This document shows positions 56,601-64,000 of a stretch of 64,000 bases of DNA, one piece after another. The translations under genes were made by a program, and so were the position numbers. Below the pieces are notes generated by a model, which was not told the DNA's origin, did no database searches, and was given only the letters and a program-made list of their open reading frames with translations. The stretch's first letter is position 1; each line of letters opens with the position of its first letter. Source of the stretch: the human T2T-CHM13v2.0 reference genome, Homo sapiens; the NCBI RefSeq assembly GCF_009914755.1, contig NC_060940.1. One strand, given 5' to 3'.

Positions 56601-59600
56601 TTTGATGATTCCATTAGACTCCATTCGACGATGATTCCATTCGATGTTATTCGATGATTCCATTCGATCTCATTCGATGATGATTCCATTCAACTCCATT
56701 CGATGTTTCCATTCGAGTTCATTCTATTATTCCATTAGATTCCATTCGATGATGATTCCATTCGATTCCATTTGATGATTGCATTCTATTTCATTTGATG
56801 ATGATTCCATTCGAGTCCACTCGATGATTCCATTCGAGTCCATTTAATGAATCCATTGGTTTCAATTCTATGATGATTACATTGGATTCCATTCGTTGAT
56901 GATTTCATTCGGTTCCATTCAATGATGATTCCATTCAATTCCTTTCAATGTTTCCATTCAATTCCATACGATGATGATTCCATTTGATTTGATTCGACAG
57001 TGAGCCATTCGATTCAATTCCATGATGATTCTATTTGATTCCATTGGTTGACATTTCCATTCGATTCCATTCGATGATGATTCCCTTTGATTCCATTCAA
57101 AGATGATTCCATTCTAGCCCATTCAATCATTCCATTCGATTCTATTCAATGATGATTCCATTCATGTCGATTTGGTGATTCCATTTGACTTCATTTGATG
57201 ATGATTCCTTTCAAGTTCATTAGATGATTCCATTCGATTCCATTTGATGATGATCCCATTCGAGTCCATTCAGTGATTCCACTCGTTTCCATTCCATGAT
57301 GATTCCATTCCATTCCATTCAATGATTCCATTCGATTCCGTTTGATGATGATTTCATTCGAGTCCATTTGATGATTCCATTTGATTCCATTCGATGATGA
57401 TTCCATTCGAGTCCATTCGATGATTCTATTCGAATCCATTTGATGATTTCTTTTGATTATATTTGGTGATGATTCCATTGGAGTCCATTCAATGATTCCA
57501 TTCGATTCCAATCGATGGTGATTCCATTAGAGTCCATTTAATGATTCCATTTGATTCCAGTCTCTGATGATTACATTCGAGTCCATACGATGATTCCACT
57601 CAATTCCATATCATGATGATTCCATTCGATTCCATTCGATGATTCCATTCTATTCTATTCAATGGTGATTCCATTCGAGTACATTAGATGATTCCATTCG
57701 ATTCCATTCAATGATGATTCTATTTGTGTCCCTTAGATGATTCCACATGATTCCATTAGATGATGATACTATTTGAGCCCATCCAATGATTCCCTTCGAT
57801 TCCATTCGATGAGGATTCCATTCGATTCAATTCATTGGTGATTCTATTCAATTCAATTCTTTGATTCCATTCCATTCCATTCGACAATGATTCCATTCGA
57901 TTTCTTTCGATGATTCCACTCGATTCCACTTGACATTGATTCCCTTCGATTCCATTCAATGATTCCATTTGATTCCAGTGGATGATGATTGCCATCGATT
58001 CCATTTGATCACTCCATTCTATTCCACTTGATGATGATTACATTCGATTCCATTTGACGATTCCATCTGATTCTATTCGAGGATTCCATTTGATTCCATT
58101 CGATGATGATTCCATTCGAGTCCATTCGATGATATCATTCGAGTACATCCAATGATTCCATTCGAGTCCATTTGATGATTCCATTTGATTCCATTTGATA
58201 ATGATTCTACTAGAGTCCATTCAATGACTCCATTGGAGTCCATTCAACAATTCCATTCGACTCCATTTGATGATTCCATTGGATTCCATTTGATGATTCC
58301 ATTCGAGTCCATTTAATCATTACAGTCGAGTCCATTTGGTGATTCCACCGGCTTTCTTTTGATAATGATACCATTCAATTACATTTGATGATGATCCCAT
58401 TCAATTTCATTTGATGATGATTCCATTAGAGTCCATTCGATGATTTCATTCGAGTCCCTTCATTGATTCCATCCGATTTCATTGGATGATGACTCCATTC
58501 GAGTCCATTCGATGATTCCACTCGATTCCATTAGATGATTCCATTGGAGTCCATTTGATTGTTCCATTCGATTCCATTCGATTCCTTTCGAAGATTATTC
58601 CATTTGAGTCCATTCGATGATGATTCCATTCCATTCCATTCGATGATTCCGTTTGATTCCATTCGATGATTCCCTTCCATTCCTTTCTTTGATGATTCCA
58701 TTCCATTCCATTCAATGATTCCATTCGAATCTATTCCATGATGATTCCTTTCGATTCCATTCGCTGATGTTTCCGTTCAATTCCATTCGATGATGATTCC
58801 ATTCGATTCCATTCATTGAGGATTCCATTTGATTCCATTCAATGATGATTCCGTTCTATTCCATTCAATGATTGCATTCAATTCCATTCAGTGATTATCC
58901 CCTTAGAGTAAACTCAACGATTCCATTCAATACCATTCGATGATGATTCCTTTTGAGTCCATTCAATGATTTCATTCAAGTCCATTTGATGATTCCTTTC
59001 AATTCCATTCTATGATGATTCCATTCGAGTCCATTCGATGATTCCATTCGATTGCATTCGATGATTCCATTATATTCCAGTCAACGATGATTCCATTCGA
59101 GTCCATTCGATGATTCCATTAGAGTACATTTAATGATTGCTTTGTTTTCAATTCGAAGATGATTACATTGGATTCCATTCTATGATACCATTCGATTCCA
59201 TTCAATGATGATTCCACTCAAATCCATTGGATGATTCCATTCGTGTCCATTCGGTGATTTCATTAGATTCCATTCGAGGATGATTCCATTCGATTCCATT
59301 CGATGATTCCATTCAATTCCATTCGAGGATGATTCCATTCCAGTCCATATGATCATTCCATTTGATTTCATTCGATGATGATTCCATTCGATTCCATTCG
59401 ATGATTCCATTCTATTCCATTCGATGATGATTCCATTCGAGTCCATTCGATGATTCCATTCGAGTCCATTTAATGATTCCATTGGGTTCAATTCAATGAT
59501 GATTACATTGGATTCCGTTCTATGATTCCATTCAATTCCGTTCATTGACAATTTGATTCCATTCGATGATGATTCCATTTGAGTTCATTCGATGATTCTA

Positions 59601-59816
59601 TTCGATTCTCTTCGATGGTGATTCAATTCTATTATATTGGATGATTCCATTCGATTCCATTTGATGTTGATTCAATTCGATTCTATTCGATGATGATTCC
59701 ATTGGATTTCACTTGATGATTCTATTCGATTCCATTCAATGATGATTCACTTCTCGTCCATTGGATGATTCCATTTCATTCCATTCGATGATGATTCCAT
59801 TCGATTCCATTCGATG
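53679..59816 (+). repeat. HOR unit 10 (6138 bp = 6112 + 26-bp duplication), second clade
   Basis: Landmarks at 53696 and 59834; TTCCATTCGACTCCATTCGATGATGA doubled at 56185-56236. Confidence 0.9.
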
Positions 59817-62800
59817 ATTCCATTTGATTCCATGCGTCGGTGAGCAATTCGATTCAATTCCATGATGATTCTATTTGATTCAATTAGATGATGTTTCCAT
59901 TCGAATCCATTCCATGATTATTCCATTGGAATCCATTCGGCGATGATTCCATATGAGTCAATTCAATGATGATTCCATATGGGTCCGTTCGATGATAATT
60001 CCATTTGATTTCATTCGGTGCTTCTATTCAATTCCAGTCGATGATGATTCCGTTGGAGTCCATACGATGATTCCATTTGATTTCATTTGATGATGATTCC
60101 ATTCGATGATGATTACATTGGATTCCATTCTATGATTCCATTCAATTCCATTCGTTGATGATTCGATTCCATTAAATGATGATTCCTTTTGAGTTCATTC
60201 GATGATTCTATTCGATTCCGTTCGATGGTGATTCAATTCTCTTATATTGGATGAATCCACTCGATTCCATTTGATGATTATTCCATTGGAGTCCACTTAG
60301 TGAATCCTTCAGATTCTACTCGAAGATGATTCCATTCAAGTCCATTCGATGATACCATTCAATTCCATTCGTTGATGCTTCCATTCAAGTGCATTCGATG
60401 ATATCATTCGATTCCATTTGATGATAATTCCATTTGATTCCATGCGATGATTCTATTCGATTCCATTCAATGATAATTCCATTCAGTTCAGTGATTCCTC
60501 TGGACTCCATTTGATGATGATTCCATTCAATGATTCCATTCGATTCTATTCGAAAATGATTCCATTTGAATCCATTTGATGATGATTCCATTAGATTCCA
60601 TTTGATGATTCCATTCGATTCCATGTGACGATGATTCCATTCGATTCCATGTGATGATTCCATTCTATTCTATTCGATGATGATTCCATTCGATTCCATT
60701 CGATGATGATTGGATTCGATTCCATTTGATGATTTCATTTGATTCCATTCGTTAATGATTTCGATCAATTCCATTCGATGATTCCATTCGATTCCATTCG
60801 ATAATGATTACATCCGTGTCCATTCAGTGATTCCATTTGAGCCTGTTCGATAATTCCATTTGAGTCCAACCAATGATTCCATTCATTTCCCTTCCATGAT
60901 TCCATTCGAGTCCATTTGATCATTCCGGTAGGGTCCATTCGATGTTGATTCCATTGGAGTGCATTCGATGATTCCATTCGAGTCCATTTTATGATTTGAT
61001 TCGAGTTCTTTCGATGATTCCATTCGATTCCACTCGATGATGATTTCATTCGAGTCCATTCGACACTTCCAATCGATTCCATTTGATGTTTCCATTCGAG
61101 TCCAATTGATGATTCCATTCAATTCCATTCGATGATGATTCCGTACGATTCCATTCTGTGATGATTCCATGTGATTGCATTCAATGATGATTCCTTTAGA
61201 TTGCATTCGATTGTGATTCATTTCGTCTTCATTCTATGGTTCCACAGGTTTCCATTCGTGTCCATTCCATTATTCCATTCTATTCCATTTGATGATGATT
61301 CCATTCGATTCCATTCATTGGTGATTCCACTCAATTCCATTCAATGATTCCATTCCATTTCTTTCAACAATGATTCCATTAGTTTCTAATCGATGATCCA
61401 CTTGATTCCATTTGACGACGATTCCATTCTTGTCCATTCGATGATTCCATTTGATTCCATATGATGATGATTCCATTCGATTCCATACGATGATGATTCC
61501 ATTCGAGTCCATTCAATGGTGATTCCATTCAATTCCATTCGATGATTCCTTTCGATTCCATTCGATGATGATGGCATTCGATTCCTTTCAATCATTCCCT
61601 TTGATTCCATTCAAAGGTGATTTCATTCAAGTCCATTCGATAATTGCATTCGATTCCATTCTATGATGATTCCATTCGAGTCCATTTGATGATTCCATTC
61701 AATTCAAGTCAATGATGATTCCATTCGATTCCATTCGATGATTCCATTGGATTCCATTCGATGATGATTCCATTCAAATCCATTCGATAATTCAATTCAA
61801 GTCCATTCGATGATGATTAAAATCGAATCCATTCAAAGATTCCATTCAGTTCCATTCGATGATTCCCTTAGATTCCATTCGATGATTCCACTTGATTTCA
61901 TTTACGATGATTCCATTCGATTCCATGTGATGATTCCATTCAATTCTATTCAATGCTGTTTCCATTTCTTTCCATTCGACCATGATTGCCTTTGATTCCA
62001 TTCAATGACTCCATTCGGTTCCTTTTGATGATGATTCCGTTCGATTCCATTTCATTATTCCATTTGATTCCATTGGATGAGTCCATTCGATTACATTCGA
62101 TGATTATTCCATTCGAGTGCATTAGATGATTCCATTCGAGTCCATTCGATGATTCCATTCGATTCCATTCGATGTTGATTCTGTTCAAATCCATTCGATG
62201 ATTCCACTCGATTCCATTCGATGACTCCAGTTGATCCCATTCGATGATTTCCTTTGATTCCCTTTGATGATCATTTCGTTTGATTCAATTCGGTGATTTC
62301 ATTTGATTCCATTCAGTGATGTTTCCATTCGACTCCATTCGATGATGATTCCATTCGACTCCATTCGATGATGATTCCATTCGACTCCATTCGATTATGA
62401 TTTCATTCAATTCCATTCGATAATGATTCCCTTCGAGTCCATTCGATGATTCCATTCGATTCCATTCAACGATGATTTGATTCGTGTCCATTCGATGATT
62501 CCATTTGATTCCACTTGATGATGATTCCATTCGAGTCCATTTGATGATTCCATTCAATTCCATTCTCCGATGATTTCTTTTGAGCCCACTCAATGCTTCC
62601 ACTCGATTCCATATGATGATGACTCCATTCGATGAAATTCGATGATGATTCCATTCGCTTGCATTCGATGATGATTCCACTTGAGTCCATTAGAAGATTC
62701 TATTCAATTACATTCCATGACGATTCCGTTCGAGTCCATTTGATGATTCCATTAGACTCCATTCGACGATGATTCCATTCGATGTTATTCGATGATTCCA

Positions 62801-64000
62801 TTCGATCTCATTCGATGATGATTCCATTCAACTCCATTCGATGTTTCCATTCGAGTTCATTCTATTATTCCATTAGATTCCATTCGATGATGATTCCATT
62901 CGATTCCATTTGATGATTGCATTCTATTTCATTTGATGATGATTCCATTCGAGTCCACTCGATGATTCCATTCGAGTCCATTTAATGAATCCATTGGTTT
63001 CAATTCTATGATGATTACATTGGATTCCATTCGTTGATGATTTCATTCGGTTCCATTCAATGATGATTCCATTCAATTCCTTTCAATGTTTCCATTCAAT
63101 TCCATACGATGATGATTCCATTTGATTTGATTCGACAGTGAGCCATTCGATTCAATTCCATGATGATTCTATTTGATTCCATTGGTTGACATTTCCATTC
63201 GATTCCATTCGATGATGATTCCCTTTGATTCCATTCAAAGATGATTCCATTCTAGCCCATTCAATCATTCCATTCGATTCTATTCAATGATGATTCCATT
63301 CATGTCGATTTGGTGATTCCATTTGACTTCATTTGATGATGATTCCTTTCAAGTTCATTAGATGATTCCATTCGATTCCATTTGATGATGATCCCATTCG
63401 AGTCCATTCAGTGATTCCACTCGTTTCCATTCCATGATGATTCCATTCCATTCCATTCAATGATTCCATTCGATTCCGTTTGATGATGATTTCATTCGAG
63501 TCCATTTGATGATTCCATTTGATTCCATTCGATGATGATTCCATTCGAGTCCATTCGATGATTCTATTCGAATCCATTTGATGATTTCTTTTGATTATAT
63601 TTGGTGATGATTCCATTGGAGTCCATTCAATGATTCCATTCGATTCCAATCGATGGTGATTCCATTAGAGTCCATTTAATGATTCCATTTGATTCCAGTC
63701 TCTGATGATTACATTCGAGTCCATACGATGATTCCACTCAATTCCATATCATGATGATTCCATTCGATTCCATTCGATGATTCCATTCTATTCTATTCAA
63801 TGGTGATTCCATTCGAGTACATTAGATGATTCCATTCGATTCCATTCAATGATGATTCTATTTGTGTCCCTTAGATGATTCCACATGATTCCATTAGATG
63901 ATGATACTATTTGAGCCCATCCAATGATTCCCTTCGATTCCATTCGATGAGGATTCCATTCGATTCAATTCATTGGTGATTCTATTCAATTCAATTCTTT
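59817..64000 (+). repeat. HOR unit 11 (partial, runs off window end), near-identical to unit 10
   Basis: ORF track repeats with offset 6138 and identical translations; same 26-bp duplication at ~62323-62374. Confidence 0.9.

Larger units (their letters stand above)
1..64000 (+). repeat. Human Satellite 2 (HSat2/HSATII) pericentromeric tandem array, CATTC strand on +; probably HSat2B with ~6.1-kb higher-order unit
   Basis: Continuous degenerate ATTCCATTCG/ATGATGATTCCATTCG/CATTCGAGTC repeats with very frequent TCGA and GANTC sites. 23/26-bp sub-periodicity. Landmarks recur every 6112 bp. The subfamily and chromosome 16 assignment come from recalled knowledge of the unit length, not from an alignment. 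Confidence 0.96.

Noticed and set aside
20543-61995. Five 60-61 aa plus-strand ORFs (20543, 26632, 49560, 55672, 61810)
   Set aside because: They are created by chance unit-specific substitutions and serve only as clade markers.
68-63649. Numerous 60-132 aa minus-strand ORFs (MESSNGIEWNHRMDSNGII...)
   Set aside because: These are translations of the GGAAT/GAATC repeat strand, which is rich in ATG and relatively poor in stops. They overlap in several frames, are low-complexity, show no recognisable domain, and are freely opened or closed by point changes between units.
1-64000. CRISPR-like array (23-26 bp repeats)
   Set aside because: There are no unique spacers, leader or cas genes; the repeats are contiguous and degenerate.
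1-64000. HSat3, alpha satellite or telomeric repeat
   Set aside because: Pure (CATTC)n runs are at most about three copies and CATTCGATTC/GATGAT motifs dominate, which indicates HSat2. There is no 171-bp monomer, CENP-B box or TTAGGG array.
1-64000. Inversion breakpoint or long hairpin
   Set aside because: No GGAAT-oriented tract was seen on the + strand; only short palindromes (TCGA, CAATTG, CGTACG) of the kind expected from the monomer occur.

Overview
The whole 64 kb is one uninterrupted, single-orientation tandem array of CATTC-derived satellite DNA: (CATTC)n with CATTCGATTC, CATTCGAGTC and GATGATGATTCCATTC motifs. This is the signature of Human Satellite 2 (HSat2/HSATII). Unique landmarks reveal a higher-order repeat (HOR) with a 6,112-bp base period. 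From recalled knowledge, that fits the ~6.1-kb HSat2B unit typical of chromosome 16 pericentromeric heterochromatin; this is not verified by alignment. I see no genes, RNA genes, transposons or CRISPR, and all listed ORFs are artefacts of the GGAAT strand. The informative content is structural. The landmark GCG(A/T)CGGTGAGCAATT occurs at 18, 6130, 12671, 19212, 25301, 31390, 37502, 47486, 53696 and 59834 (spacings 6112, 6541, 6541, 6089, 6089, 6112, 9984, 6210, 6138). These spacings are explained by two different 429-bp gains, a shared 23-bp deletion, a ~1.83-kb non-HOR HSat2 island followed by a multiply deleted unit, a 98-bp duplication and a 26-bp duplication. The disrupted zone (~37.9-47.5 kb) separates two sequence clades of the HOR. 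I did not find evidence of a new gene-encoded system.
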